DNA of 64,000 nt from an uncultured Candidatus Saccharibacteria bacterium (GCA_964420205.1 CAYQSO010000002.1:7765-71764), one strand, 5' to 3'. Positions 38,354-49,083 are shown, counted from the stretch's first letter. The notes: generated by a model not told the origin, from the letters alone. Numbers and translations are program-made.

Positions 38354-41300
38354 TTAGAGCGGTTTCGGTATTAAAGTAGTACGTGATTCATCATCTACCC
38401 ATTTAAAATCGAATATTTGTCCAAAACGATACCCCAGTCCAATTGTAGCTTTAATAGGCAAAGGCCAATCTGGTAAGCTAAAATACATTATATCTTCTAT
38501 TAACCTAGTGTATTCTACTATTTTATCTAAATCAACATAAAGGTTCACTTCGTCATGTATTGTCGAAAGAAAAGCACACTCTTTTTCTTTTTCGGATATA
38601 CTAAATATTTTCTGATACATCTTCTTAAGAACTATACGCATAATATCCCCCGCACTTCCCTGGATTATGTGGCTGCTGACTCTTCTCTCAGCAGCAGATA
38701 TCATATTATTTGACTCTCTTTCACCTTTCCTAGGGTCTTCTGCTTCTCTTTCTATCCTCTCAGCCATATTTACATATGACCCGAAGCGTCTGGGCCTCCC
38801 ACAGAACGTAAATGTAGTTCCGGCATTATTCCACATCTTATTTATTTCATTTTGTCTCCATTGCATAGCCCCAAAAAAAGCTTCACAATAGGCATCATAA
38901 AGAGCTGTTGCGTGTTCTAACGGGATTCCAGAATTCTTAGATATGGAATCAGAATGACCACTATAATTTATAGCAAAATTCACAGCCTTTGCTATTTTTC
39001 GTAGCCCCTTGTTATAATTTTCTCTACCCCATATAGCGTACGCTGTCGCAGTATGTGGATCAATACCTTCCCTGAAATTTGATAACTTTACACTATCTTT
39101 ACTGTAATTAGTAAGGAGAACGTCTTCCTGTGAACTGTAATCCACACTCAAAATAATCTTTTTCTTACTATTAACCTTTTTAAATGATGGAACTACTACA
39201 CAATTTCTAATATTAAAATTAGGGGAGAACCCTTCTACTAAATAACAGTCTTCTGAGTCAGTGTGGTTTTTAATGTCTTCATCAGACATTAAATCAAAAC
39301 ACCAACCTAATATATTACCCTCTTTCTCAGATTTGTATGCTTTATAAATCGCTCCTGACGGTTTACTAAGATTCTGCGCATTAAGATCTATATAATAGGG
39401 GTTCTTAGTCTTCTTATCACTCTTACTCCCATTACCACTTGCAAATCTCCCTGAAGCGGTCCCAAAAAGTTTATATCTCATCCTACACTCATCTACCTTA
39501 GTCAGTTTATCAATGTAACTATTGATAGCCTTATTCATAGTAGAGTACTTCTGTATCTTCTTTAAAATACTTAACTTTTCATTTTCTTTTTTAAGCATTA
39601 TTTTTAATATTTTTAAAAAATATTTTCTATTGAGAATTCTACTTCCTTTTTTAAGCGGAACTAGTTTCTTATTTTTATTCTTTCTTTTCGCTCTGCTCAA
39701 TACTCTTATAGTATTGTTATTCAACTGCATTACTTGGAAATAGTCACTCCCATGTGCTTCTAGTATTTTATATAAATAAAACATATCTACGTGTTCTCTT
39801 ATATGTAATTCTGAAGCACAAAATCCTTTTGTAAAATAACCTTCTTCATTCTTTTCTAATTTTTCTATAATACCTCGTAAATCTGTTAAATTCTTAGAAA
39901 ATATTCTTGTACCATCTTTTTTACCAAAAGAAATCTGATCTGTATCTGTCCTTGCCCCAGTATCTATATTCTTAGATGCCATAGCATTTTTAAACTCTTT
40001 AGAAGAGGTACTAAGGTTGAATATTCCTATATCAAAATAATTATATATTTCCTCCTTAAGCTGAGTTATTACTTCGATAGCTTTTTCTTTATATTTTTTA
40101 GCTTCTTCTTTATCTATATAAAGTTTAGTATGTCCATAATAATCAATCCAATACCTTATAAGAGTGTTGTCTGATTTTATAACGTCAAATTTTTTACCGT
40201 TAAACTCTACTATATTGGGGTAAGTACTTATTAGTTTTTTAACTTTCGGATATAAATAGTAAAAAAGTGCCAAGCAGCAACATGAGTCTGCACAATTACC
40301 CGAAACCAAGACTTTACCATTTCTTCTAGTTATTAAAGTGTGATTTGGTACTTCTGCACAATAAACCACCCCACTATATGGAACAATTTCTCTCTGGTAT
40401 TTCTTGTATCTAACACTTTTCTGTCTTTGTGTGTACACACTATAAATTTGGTGCACATTTTCTCTTTTTATTACACGTCCTCTAATAACACAGTCTTTTT
40501 TAGGTGGTGCTTTTAAAGTTAATATACTAGTCCTACCACCCAACATTAATAGCTCTTGTAACTGATTAGCCATTTTGATAGATGTAGTATAAAAAACCCA
40601 CGCTGAGTCAGTTTTTCTAGACCCATCACAATAATTAAAATATTTTAGAAACTCATTTATACAGTACGAATCCATTTTAAAAATTTCAGGTGGAATATAC
40701 TTTTTCTGAGCCTTACCTTCCATATAAGGTTTTATCCAATTATAAAACTTTTTATTATAACAAACCCAGCTATTCCCTTTTTCTCTTTTGTTAGGGCGAA
40801 ACCCCATATTAGTTTCCATTAACATATTTTCTAACTCTTTTTTGAATTTATCGCTACAAACAGCCAGCCCTATGTGATAACAAACTTGCTTGTCGCCTCT
40901 TTGAACAATCCAACCATCTGCCAACAACGCACCTGTTAATCTGGCTAATTGTACAGGGGTTAAATTAACATTCTTACTAAAATGAAAAGAATCCTTCCCA
41001 CTACCTTTCTTCTCTGTGGGAGCTTTATAACCGCTTTCTTCAACTAAAAGATCTTTTGCCTGTTTGAATACCCATTCTTTATGTTGTGCTCGCTTAACTA
41101 GCATATTATGGTTGGGGGTAACACAAAAATCAAGATGTTTACTTTTATAAGAAATCATCTCTCCTTTATATTCATACGCATATAACCTTAGAGGACGCTG
41201 GTACTCTAATTCATCTTTTTCCACATTTACAGTAGCTAAAAGGTCTTCTCCATTATAATCTTTCCACATTACCCAACCATTTTCAGTCAATACTTCAGTC

Positions 41301-42319
41301 TGATCATCGTGGCATGCATAAATAACTGTGCTCCTATCGTAGGGGCATACATACTTGAATTCACCCGGAAATTCTAACATAGTACGTCCTAGATACAATT
41401 TAGCACTTAACTTAAGTCCTGCCATTTTTGACTCCGCATCAAAAAGATACGGAAGTATCATAGAGTCAAAAAAGTTAACTTTTTCAATAGAATAACCTTC
41501 TTTCTTATACATATTAAGGTCAAATTCAGCATTATGGATTACTACTAACTTTGCACTTGTTAAAGCTTTATATAAAATATCAAGGGACTTTTTTGCACTT
41601 CTCTCATTTTCTTCTTCTGTTAAAACATAACTAGAAACTTCCATTTCAGATAAATGCTTTTCAAAGTCTCCTATCATACAGTCTATACTACCAAGTTTAG
41701 CTTCTACTACTTCTTTTTCTAAATCTTTAGAATTTTCAAGAAAGTTTTCTTTATCTTGTTTTAACCCATCTATTAATTTTTGCGTCTCTTCTCTTTGTCT
41801 CTGTAATTCTAATTGCTCCCTTACTTCTTTGCTACATATATTTCCATTATGTAATGAATACTCATACGTCTTTACCGTAGTCTGACTTACTCTTCCTGTT
41901 TTAGTATATACTACATTTCCTTCTTCATCTAATTTAGGAACTTTTTCTGAACCCACTTCTTTTTTTCGCATATGTCTCAAAGGGCAATAAATCCCCGAAT
42001 TGTCGTCCAGTGAAAGAGAGAACCCTACAATGTAATCACCACCTTCTTCTCGAGGTGAACTGTTCAGTCCAGTAGTTTCAGTGTCAAACCCGATTATCTT
42101 ATCTTTACAAAGTTCTACGAATTCTTCCAACTCTTCTAAAGTATTAACAAGTTTATAGTCCCCTAAATAAATAAGATTCCCTTCCTCATCGTATTTATGA
42201 AACTTATTATCAAACTCTCTATAACCATGTACAGGTATATATTTGTACAACGTTTTACTGCTTTTTTTCTTTTGTTCTACCTTTTGTTGAACATATTTTT
42301 TCTTATAATCTTTTGTCAT
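38354..42319 (-). CDS. polA: family A DNA polymerase with 3'-5' exonuclease and one intein; start likely MTKDY
   Basis: GFDTETTG, HNAEFD, TASGRFAS, LNAQN, DYSSQE, RKIAKAVNFAINY, IQGSAGD, IHDE. Confidence 0.92.
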   Translation of the reverse strand: MTKDYKKKYVQQKVEQKKKSSKTLYKYIPVHGYREFDNKFHKYDEEGNLIYLGDYKLVNTLEELEEFVELCKDKIIGFDTETTGLNSSPREEGGDYIVGFSLSLDDNSGIYCPLRHMRKKEVGSEKVPKLDEEGNVVYTKTGRVSQTTVKTYEYSLHNGNICSKEVREQLELQRQREETQKLIDGLKQDKENFLENSKDLEKEVVEAKLGSIDCMIGDFEKHLSEMEVSSYVLTEEENERSAKKSLDILYKALTSAKLVVIHNAEFDLNMYKKEGYSIEKVNFFDSMILPYLFDAESKMAGLKLSAKLYLGRTMLEFPGEFKYVCPYDRSTVIYACHDDQTEVLTENGWVMWKDYNGEDLLATVNVEKDELEYQRPLRLYAYEYKGEMISYKSKHLDFCVTPNHNMLVKRAQHKEWVFKQAKDLLVEESGYKAPTEKKGSGKDSFHFSKNVNLTPVQLARLTGALLADGWIVQRGDKQVCYHIGLAVCSDKFKKELENMLMETNMGFRPNKREKGNSWVCYNKKFYNWIKPYMEGKAQKKYIPPEIFKMDSYCINEFLKYFNYCDGSRKTDSAWVFYTTSIKMANQLQELLMLGGRTSILTLKAPPKKDCVIRGRVIKRENVHQIYSVYTQRQKSVRYKKYQREIVPYSGVVYCAEVPNHTLITRRNGKVLVSGNCADSCCCLALFYYLYPKVKKLISTYPNIVEFNGKKFDVIKSDNTLIRYWIDYYGHTKLYIDKEEAKKYKEKAIEVITQLKEEIYNYFDIGIFNLSTSSKEFKNAMASKNIDTGARTDTDQISFGKKDGTRIFSKNLTDLRGIIEKLEKNEEGYFTKGFCASELHIREHVDMFYLYKILEAHGSDYFQVMQLNNNTIRVLSRAKRKNKNKKLVPLKKGSRILNRKYFLKILKIMLKKENEKLSILKKIQKYSTMNKAINSYIDKLTKVDECRMRYKLFGTASGRFASGNGSKSDKKTKNPYYIDLNAQNLSKPSGAIYKAYKSEKEGNILGWCFDLMSDEDIKNHTDSEDCYLVEGFSPNFNIRNCVVVPSFKKVNSKKKIILSVDYSSQEDVLLTNYSKDSVKLSNFREGIDPHTATAYAIWGRENYNKGLRKIAKAVNFAINYSGHSDSISKNSGIPLEHATALYDAYCEAFFGAMQWRQNEINKMWNNAGTTFTFCGRPRRFGSYVNMAERIEREAEDPRKGERESNNMISAAERRVSSHIIQGSAGDIMRIVLKKMYQKIFSISEKEKECAFLSTIHDEVNLYVDLDKIVEYTRLIEDIMYFSLPDWPLPIKATIGLGYRFGQIFDFKWVDDESRTTLIPKPL
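40295..41314 (-). mobile_element. intein in PolA (340 aa, LAGLIDADG)
   Basis: VIYA|CHDDQTEVLTENGW...VTPNH...LLADG...YCDG...VLVSGN|CAD. Confidence 0.9.
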
Positions 42320-42644
42320 TATTAAAATTAACTCCTGTACTAGATAAACCAACATTAGTGAAATTAAAATCTTTGTACTTCCACCAATCTTTTTTCTTCA
42401 TCATCTTTTTAACTTTTCTTGGGTACTTATCCCACCTACAGTACTTCCCGATACCTAATATGTAATTAAATATTATTAATTTTACTCTATTTTCTATATT
42501 AGTTTGAATTTCTCCCACACATTCGCCATAGGGCTCTCTTACAGCAGAAGTAGCAGTATCTCTTGACTCACATAAATATTGAGACGATATTCCTGTTGCC
42601 ATAACAATGTCTTGTCTTAATTTATATAATCTCTCTTCTATCAT
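42303..42644 (-). CDS. hypothetical protein
   Basis: 113 aa ORF coupled to neighbours. Confidence 0.5.
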   Translation of the reverse strand: MIEERLYKLRQDIVMATGISSQYLCESRDTATSAVREPYGECVGEIQTNIENRVKLIIFNYILGIGKYCRWDKYPRKVKKMMKKKDWWKYKDFNFTNVGLSSTGVNFNNDKRL

Positions 42645-43828
42645 CTATTAATTCTCTCTACTACTTCTCCTACACCTAAATTCATTAAATATTCCTGAGC
42701 TGTTGCAGGTAAAATCCTAATATCATCTCTTAACTCTTTTTCTAATATCTCACACTGCTCCTGTTCTAAAATATTTTTCGCCATATTATCTATTAAACAC
42801 CTTTTATCAATATCTTTTAACTCTAACTTTATATCCATCCTACCATCTCTTAAAAAGGCTCGGTCTAATTTATCAATATGATTAGTTGTGAAAAAACAAA
42901 TAAGACTTTCCGGTGTATTTATTCCGTCAAAAATATTCAAAAGATTTGACAATGATAACCTACTGTCACTATCATTACTATTATATACAATACTACCTTC
43001 CCCCCCACTATTTCCTCTACTCTTACTCAAACATCTCTCATGTACGTCTACTCCCGCTGCATCAATGTCCTCTATGAGAAATATTGTATTTTTATTACAA
43101 GCCAATATTCTCTGTAAATCATTAAAACTACCCATAGTTTCTAAATTAACTATACATATTTTAAAACCAAAATAAGAGGCCAGCGCCCATACTAATGAAG
43201 TTTTACCTGTCCCTGGAGTTCCATAAAATAAATAGTTTCTCTTATAAGAAATTCCTTTAGACCTATAGGATTGTTTACTGTCTAAAAAAGAACTTATATC
43301 TTTTATTAAAAAATCTTTATCTTTCTGCGAGAGAGCTATTGTATTTAAAGGTCTTTTACCCTTTAAAAACCTAGTATACCCTGAAATAACTACAACGTCA
43401 TCCTCATAAGCAGAATCATTAAACTGCGTTACCTCATCTAATATAGTACTAACATCTTTAAGGTTTCCGAAAAAAACTTTTATTGTAATAGAATCTATTA
43501 CTTTAAAACTTCCATTTTTATCTATTCTCTCTTTTCCCACAGAACAAAATTTCCCGTTGATATTATAAAGAGACTGGCCATATCCTACACCCAAAAAAGT
43601 TTTTTCTACTTCTTCATTTTCTTTTAATTGATAGGTATTACAAAATACTACCTTCTGTTGCCCCAACCACCCCTCTAACTTATTAAATAATTCTTCATTT
43701 ACAGAGTTATCTATAGTAATCTGTTTATAAACTAAATTACTTATTAAATCAAATAAACTAGTTACATGATTTTTTAAAGTAACGAATATTAACCCGCCTA
43801 TTCCTAATTCTATTCCTGATATAGTCAA
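42641..43828 (-). CDS. BCS1-like AAA+ ATPase
   Basis: YKRNYLFYGTPGTGKTS, LIEDID, SNLLNIFDG, TTNH..LDRAFLRDGRMD; hydrophobic N-terminus. Confidence 0.85.
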   Translation of the reverse strand: MTISGIELGIGGLIFVTLKNHVTSLFDLISNLVYKQITIDNSVNEELFNKLEGWLGQQKVVFCNTYQLKENEEVEKTFLGVGYGQSLYNINGKFCSVGKERIDKNGSFKVIDSITIKVFFGNLKDVSTILDEVTQFNDSAYEDDVVVISGYTRFLKGKRPLNTIALSQKDKDFLIKDISSFLDSKQSYRSKGISYKRNYLFYGTPGTGKTSLVWALASYFGFKICIVNLETMGSFNDLQRILACNKNTIFLIEDIDAAGVDVHERCLSKSRGNSGGEGSIVYNSNDSDSRLSLSNLLNIFDGINTPESLICFFTTNHIDKLDRAFLRDGRMDIKLELKDIDKRCLIDNMAKNILEQEQCEILEKELRDDIRILPATAQEYLMNLGVGEVVERINR

Positions 43829-43838
43829 TTTATAAAAC

Positions 43839-44054
43839 CTATATCTTTCCTGTTATGTATAAATGTAAACAATAACAATAATCACAAATAATTTTATTCT
43901 CTAATAAATAAGAAAATCCTTGAGGAAATTTTGTCCTACATTGTTCACATATTATTTCTGTATTAAACCATTCCTCATTTTCTTTTCTCATTTCTTCTAT
44001 ATCTGATTTAAACAACCTCACCATTCTACCACCATAACAGATGCCATAGTCCAA
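43839..44054 (-). CDS. small zinc-finger hypothetical protein
   Basis: CEQC...CDYC. Confidence 0.5.
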   Translation of the reverse strand: MDYGICYGGRMVRLFKSDIEEMRKENEEWFNTEIICEQCRTKFPQGFSYLLENKIICDYCYCLHLYITGKI

Positions 44055-44118
44055 TTCTGTACTCTAAAACCTACTATATTACTCAGTAAAATTCTCTTCA
44101 GAAATTTTCCTAGCTTCT

Positions 44119-44856
44119 TTAGCCGTTAACATCTACGCACCCCATTTTTTCTTTACACATATAATATTCTCTTAGACAATTTCCACAATCCTTACACTTT
44201 ATAACTCCGTCACAATAATATACTAACTTATTCTTATAAATATCTTTTAGCTTATTAATATAATCTATTTTTAAACACCAGTAACTATTAGTAACCCGTT
44301 GCCTAAATTCATAATAATCTTTATAATCTTCAGGGCCTCTTTCATTATAATATGACATAAAAGTCAAGACTACCGGTATATTATTATCTGTATAATAATG
44401 TATCGCAGGTTCTACTACACTTTTTAAATTCCACATATTAACTCTAACCCTAACAAACATCAAATTACTTGGTACAGGACTTAATTTATGAAAAAATTTA
44501 TCTGTCATTTCCGCAGGGTTAACCGTTAATACCACAGGGGCTTTAAAACCCTCAATATCTCTTGGGATAGATGTATTATAAAAATAATCATCAAATTGCT
44601 CTGCCGTAGACATTACGAGTTCTCGTTGAATATTTGAGTCATTCCCGTCATTCATACGAACCACCTTTCCTTTAGTCATTTCTAACGATGGTATGTGTGG
44701 TAAATTTTCTGACAGCGGCTCTATATACGAACGTCCACTTTGAAAAAAACAATCTTTACATCCTACAGGACATTCACCCTCTTGTGGAATACATTCTATT
44801 ATTCCACTGCCTATTAACTTAGGATTTCTTTTAAACACCTTACTACTCACTTTCAC
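44119..44856 (-). CDS. radical SAM-like Fe-S protein
   Basis: CPVGCKDCFF (CxxxCxxC) plus C-terminal C...CKDCGNC. Confidence 0.6.
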   Translation of the reverse strand: MKVSSKVFKRNPKLIGSGIIECIPQEGECPVGCKDCFFQSGRSYIEPLSENLPHIPSLEMTKGKVVRMNDGNDSNIQRELVMSTAEQFDDYFYNTSIPRDIEGFKAPVVLTVNPAEMTDKFFHKLSPVPSNLMFVRVRVNMWNLKSVVEPAIHYYTDNNIPVVLTFMSYYNERGPEDYKDYYEFRQRVTNSYWCLKIDYINKLKDIYKNKLVYYCDGVIKCKDCGNCLREYYMCKEKMGCVDVNG

Positions 44857-45424
44857 AATTGTTATACTTAACTATATAATCATATAAATCTTCTATTGTC
44901 TTTATATTATTTACTACATAAAAACTATCATCTTTTGTTTTATACACAAAATCCTGAAATAAAGCTAACCCGTCTTCTCCAACACAACCTTCTAATGCTA
45001 CTTCAAACGAAAATAAAATACTCTCGTAAATTTCATCTGTATTTATAAATCCTGTGTCTTCTAATTTTTCTTTATCCTGTACATATTTTATATAATAATC
45101 ATAAATACGAATAAACTTCTTTTTAGATATATTTATGTTAGTATCCAAATAAACAATATCCCCACTCTCCACTAGGTAGTCATTTGAATTTATAAAATAG
45201 CCCGTAGTGCAGCCTGTATCTAACCTAGAATTTGGTTCATATCCAACCTCATAAAGCTTACACTTACCCTCTTCCCAAAAGTCCCCAACGTGTTTTTTAC
45301 ACACATGCCAATAATTAACAGAATAATTAAGACTACACTCATCCACTACCGTAAAATAAGCTGGACTCTCACACCGAACACCATCTTTACAGTAACAACA
45401 CTTAATTTCCTCTTCTTCACTCAT
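44843..45424 (-). CDS. hypothetical protein
   Basis: 193 aa with a Cys-rich N-terminus. Confidence 0.55.
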   Translation of the reverse strand: MSEEEEIKCCYCKDGVRCESPAYFTVVDECSLNYSVNYWHVCKKHVGDFWEEGKCKLYEVGYEPNSRLDTGCTTGYFINSNDYLVESGDIVYLDTNINISKKKFIRIYDYYIKYVQDKEKLEDTGFINTDEIYESILFSFEVALEGCVGEDGLALFQDFVYKTKDDSFYVVNNIKTIEDLYDYIVKYNNCESE

Positions 45425-45429
45425 TCACT

Positions 45430-45897
45430 TCACCCACCCAAACTGTAAACTTTCTCTATATAATCTGACACATCTTCTTCACATTCTATATAAGTATTAT
45501 TTAAATACTCTATTTTCTTTTCTAACAGAGCAGAATCAATATTAATATATCCTTTTTGGAGTGCTTCATATAACGGTAAAATTTCTTCTTTATTCTTATT
45601 TTTTATTAAGTATTCATAAGGGTCTTCTTCCATTACCATTGTTACGTAATCGTATACAGAATAATTTCTTCTTGATGTCCAGCAGTGCAACTCTTGAATA
45701 TCTTTTTCATCGTTATAAAACATCTTAGAAGCAGGGGATCTTAAATTTTCCGAATACCCTTCTGCTGGATGAAACTTACAGTAAATGTTTCCTGTGTTAC
45801 TATCAACCCCATCATAATAAGAATCTAACTCTGCAAAAGTAAACAATCTTTCTACTATTACTCTTAATATTTTTTTATTGTTTTTTAACTGCTCCAT
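45430..45897 (-). CDS. CHC2-like zinc-binding protein (primase zinc domain-like)
   Basis: NIYCKFHP...SPAS.MFY...LHCW; located next to the DnaB-like helicase. Confidence 0.55.
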   Translation of the reverse strand: MEQLKNNKKILRVIVERLFTFAELDSYYDGVDSNTGNIYCKFHPAEGYSENLRSPASKMFYNDEKDIQELHCWTSRRNYSVYDYVTMVMEEDPYEYLIKNKNKEEILPLYEALQKGYINIDSALLEKKIEYLNNTYIECEEDVSDYIEKVYSLGG

Positions 45898-46231
45898 TTT
45901 ATATTCCTTTTTAAATTATATTTTTTTAAATATTCTTGTAATGAAATTTCTTTCCTGTACGGTATAGAGATTGGTCTAAACCAGCGTATTTTCCAATATT
46001 TTTCCACCGATCTTTGGAAAGAAATTTGTGACAAGCTCTCTCATAGTTTAACCCATATATTACCCGTTCCATTTGTTTTTCCGTGAAACTGTATCTTTGT
46101 TTTATGGTTTGTATAAATTCTTTAGTATAGTCTACACTCCCATAGACATTTTAATAAAATCATACCACTTAGGGCTATCAAATGGAACTAGTCTTGAAAA
46201 ATCTACAATAACAGTTGAATATTCATCTCTT

Positions 46232-47764
46232 TTAATCAACATCCATGAAATCCTCATCTACCATTGCTTCTACATCTTCTTGCGAACAATCTTCTTTTAT
46301 ATTCGTAACTTTTTCTCTAAACTTATCTATATCCCCCCTTCTTTCAGTTAAGTCTATTATTGCTTCACCCCCTATAATACCTTGTGCAAAATTAGAATGT
46401 AACTTTATAGGTGTACTCGGCACTTCTCCTTCTCTTGATTTAGAGAAATATATATTAACTCTTTGTAACGACCTCATCGGGGGGTCCGAATAAATTACCA
46501 TACCTACTGTACATCTATCCCCCAATGCTCTGTATTGTCTAAATACTGTCGGGTCTATTTTTACATCACTTTTCTTTTCCCCGTCAGTATTCATGTTTTT
46601 TTCATTTTTAATTATTTTAGCAATACCCTCTTGACTTAATTGTGTAAGGAACAGAAATACAGTACCATATCCATCACAATATGTTTTAACAAAATCGTCA
46701 GTCTCTATTATGTGGTTATTAACATTATCATTAGCGTCTGACGATACCCCCCTGAATCTTTTTAAACTATCTACGTTTTCTATTATAACGAGGTCAGCGG
46801 GTCTCCCTCTATCCCCTGCTATTTTCTCCAACTTAGCCTTAAACTCCCCATAAGTGTTCATACTGAAATCTTCAGCCCCCAACGGGTTTAAAAATCCATC
46901 AGATTCCTTTAATTTTGCAAGTAATGATGTCATGTTCTTTTTATATAGAGTTTTTCCACCGTCATCTAACTTGTTCTGCCTCATATCTTTATAAATCATA
47001 TTATCTTTAGAATAATAACTCTCTATAGCTACCATTCCCATCCAAATGTACTCTTTAGGGTCTTCAAAAGATATGTAATCTACAAACTTACCGCCATGAA
47101 CCGATGCATTATACGCTATCGTTCTTGCTAAAGTTGATTTACCAGAAGCATTTGGACCTCCCAAGACAGCAATACTTTTATTTCCCAATACACCTATTAT
47201 ATTATCTATTAAAGGAATATGCGTTTTTATACCGTTATAATTTTTAGAAAATTCCTCATAAAGATTAATAAGAGATTCTTTTGTTTGTTTATTATCCTCT
47301 AAATTTCTAAAGGAGTAGTTAGTTAGGAGCTTTACAAATTCTTGTGCTTTTTCAGGGTCTACATTATGGGGGTCACTTAAAAGTAACTCCTTGTCCAAAT
47401 GAATTATTTGTACATCTAACCACCTTAAAAACTCCTCATAAATATAAAATGACCAATCATACCTATAATCTTCTTTAATTATTATATTCTTATCTTTAAA
47501 TCGTGCACTTAAACATTTTACATCAGGAAATTTACCGTGTTGCTTGAAAAATTGATTGTAAGCGTAATCATACCAGTCCCACATAGTAAGAGCCGGATTA
47601 CTAAATCTCTTTGCTACAGGGTGGTACTTTACTTTATCCAATCTATTCATAATAGCTTTAATAAGTTCGGGTTTTTTATCAAACTCAACTAAAGAATTTA
47701 ACATAATCCAATTAAGTCTCTCGGGTGTGAGTTTCTCTTGGAATTCCTTTTTAAATACTACCAT
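46232..47764 (-). CDS. DnaB-like replicative helicase
   Basis: GIKTHIPLID, GGPNASGKST, YISFED, LTQLS and KSREG motifs. Confidence 0.85.
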   Translation of the reverse strand: MVVFKKEFQEKLTPERLNWIMLNSLVEFDKKPELIKAIMNRLDKVKYHPVAKRFSNPALTMWDWYDYAYNQFFKQHGKFPDVKCLSARFKDKNIIIKEDYRYDWSFYIYEEFLRWLDVQIIHLDKELLLSDPHNVDPEKAQEFVKLLTNYSFRNLEDNKQTKESLINLYEEFSKNYNGIKTHIPLIDNIIGVLGNKSIAVLGGPNASGKSTLARTIAYNASVHGGKFVDYISFEDPKEYIWMGMVAIESYYSKDNMIYKDMRQNKLDDGGKTLYKKNMTSLLAKLKESDGFLNPLGAEDFSMNTYGEFKAKLEKIAGDRGRPADLVIIENVDSLKRFRGVSSDANDNVNNHIIETDDFVKTYCDGYGTVFLFLTQLSQEGIAKIIKNEKNMNTDGEKKSDVKIDPTVFRQYRALGDRCTVGMVIYSDPPMRSLQRVNIYFSKSREGEVPSTPIKLHSNFAQGIIGGEAIIDLTERRGDIDKFREKVTNIKEDCSQEDVEAMVDEDFMDVD

Positions 47765-48292
47765 TTAATATACTGCTCCATTCGTAGAAATTGATTGTGG
47801 GGTACTTGTAAACTTACCTACACCTTTAATATCATCCGTTCTTAAATATACCATCTCTATCTCATCTTCTATTTTTTCAAAATACTTTAAATTCTTTTCA
47901 GTTAATATTAGAGTATAACAATTTTCTAATCTATTTCTATTTCCTACTATATCTAATAATACATCTTTTATATAACTTTCAGTATTCCCTGTTTCTATAG
48001 TATTCTTATGATAAACAATTATCATTAATTCTGGACAAGGTAAAGGTGTATTAGAAAACTTGTAGTCTAACAACTCACCTACTGTAAAAGTAATATAACT
48101 ATAGTAATCATTATTAGTATAGAGTAAAAAAGTATTAACAAATTTCTTAAGTGTTTTATAACTAGTAGAAAATGCCACATAAGACTTTTTCTGTAAGTTA
48201 AGAGCATCAAAATATTTTGATTCCTTCTTAGAAAAAGGTACATCATACTTTCCTAAGTATATCTTAAGTTGTTCAAAAAAATTATCTGACAA
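47765..48292 (-). CDS. hypothetical protein, possibly a degenerate helicase loader
   Basis: Directly upstream of the helicase; the segment DIVGNRNRLENCYTLILT recalls DnaC/IstB. No Walker A. Confidence 0.45.
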   Translation of the reverse strand: MSDNFFEQLKIYLGKYDVPFSKKESKYFDALNLQKKSYVAFSTSYKTLKKFVNTFLLYTNNDYYSYITFTVGELLDYKFSNTPLPCPELMIIVYHKNTIETGNTESYIKDVLLDIVGNRNRLENCYTLILTEKNLKYFEKIEDEIEMVYLRTDDIKGVGKFTSTPQSISTNGAVY

Positions 48293-48325
48293 TCTCTACT
48301 ACTCCAATAAATTAAACTACTATAT

Positions 48326-48354
48326 AGAATAGCAGTTTTTTAAAAATAAATCAA
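48326..48354 (-). promoter_or_regulatory. sigma70-type promoter
   Basis: TTGATT-17 nt-TATTCT. Confidence 0.55.
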
Positions 48355-48363
48355 GTAGTAAAA

Positions 48364-49083
48364 CTATTTTTTAAGTTTCCTACTTCTACGTCGCCATAAA
48401 ATACTTTGTCTTACCTGCTCAAAAACATGCTTATGGTAATTATCATATTCTGCTGTAGGTATTGAGTTACAATGTAGAAGCCCCTCTTCTATAGTAGACC
48501 TACTACTTAGTAACTCTTTAGAATATTCATCTATAGTTCCATTAACTATTATAAACCTTATTTTAAATATATCAAACTTACCAAACATCCTAGCAATACG
48601 CCCAATAACCTGCCTAAATTTGCGATACGCAGTGGGTACTGTATAAAGGATAAGTTCATCAGTAGGATTAAGATTAAGAGAGGCTCCCCCCGCATCACTA
48701 ATAAAAACTATCTTTCTTTCTGGATTATCATGAAACCAGTCTTCTACTTCTTTTCTTTTGTGTGTTTTCTCAACACCTGTTATCTTTTTACACTGAACGT
48801 TAATGTCTTTACTTTTTATAAATTCTATTAAATTAGAGATTGTTTTTACTCTTTTTGCATAAACAACTACACCTTTATCTATAATCTTTTTACCAGAATC
48901 CTCATCCACTACCTCAGCCAATACTTTAAAGAACAAGTCTTTTTTCTCATCGGTATTATCTACATATTCCTGCATATCGGCAAGAGCAGCACCGACATTT
49001 AACTTCTTTTTCTTCTCTTTAGAAGAGTTACTCTTCTTTATTATATTTAGTGCTTTTTGTAGATTTAGATTTATCTTTGGCAT
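48364..49083 (-). CDS. SNF2-like helicase, C-terminal domain
   Basis: ISDAGGASLNL, QVIGRIARM and GTIDE motifs. Confidence 0.8.
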   Translation of the reverse strand: MPKINLNLQKALNIIKKSNSSKEKKKKLNVGAALADMQEYVDNTDEKKDLFFKVLAEVVDEDSGKKIIDKGVVVYAKRVKTISNLIEFIKSKDINVQCKKITGVEKTHKRKEVEDWFHDNPERKIVFISDAGGASLNLNPTDELILYTVPTAYRKFRQVIGRIARMFGKFDIFKIRFIIVNGTIDEYSKELLSSRSTIEEGLLHCNSIPTAEYDNYHKHVFEQVRQSILWRRRSRKLKK

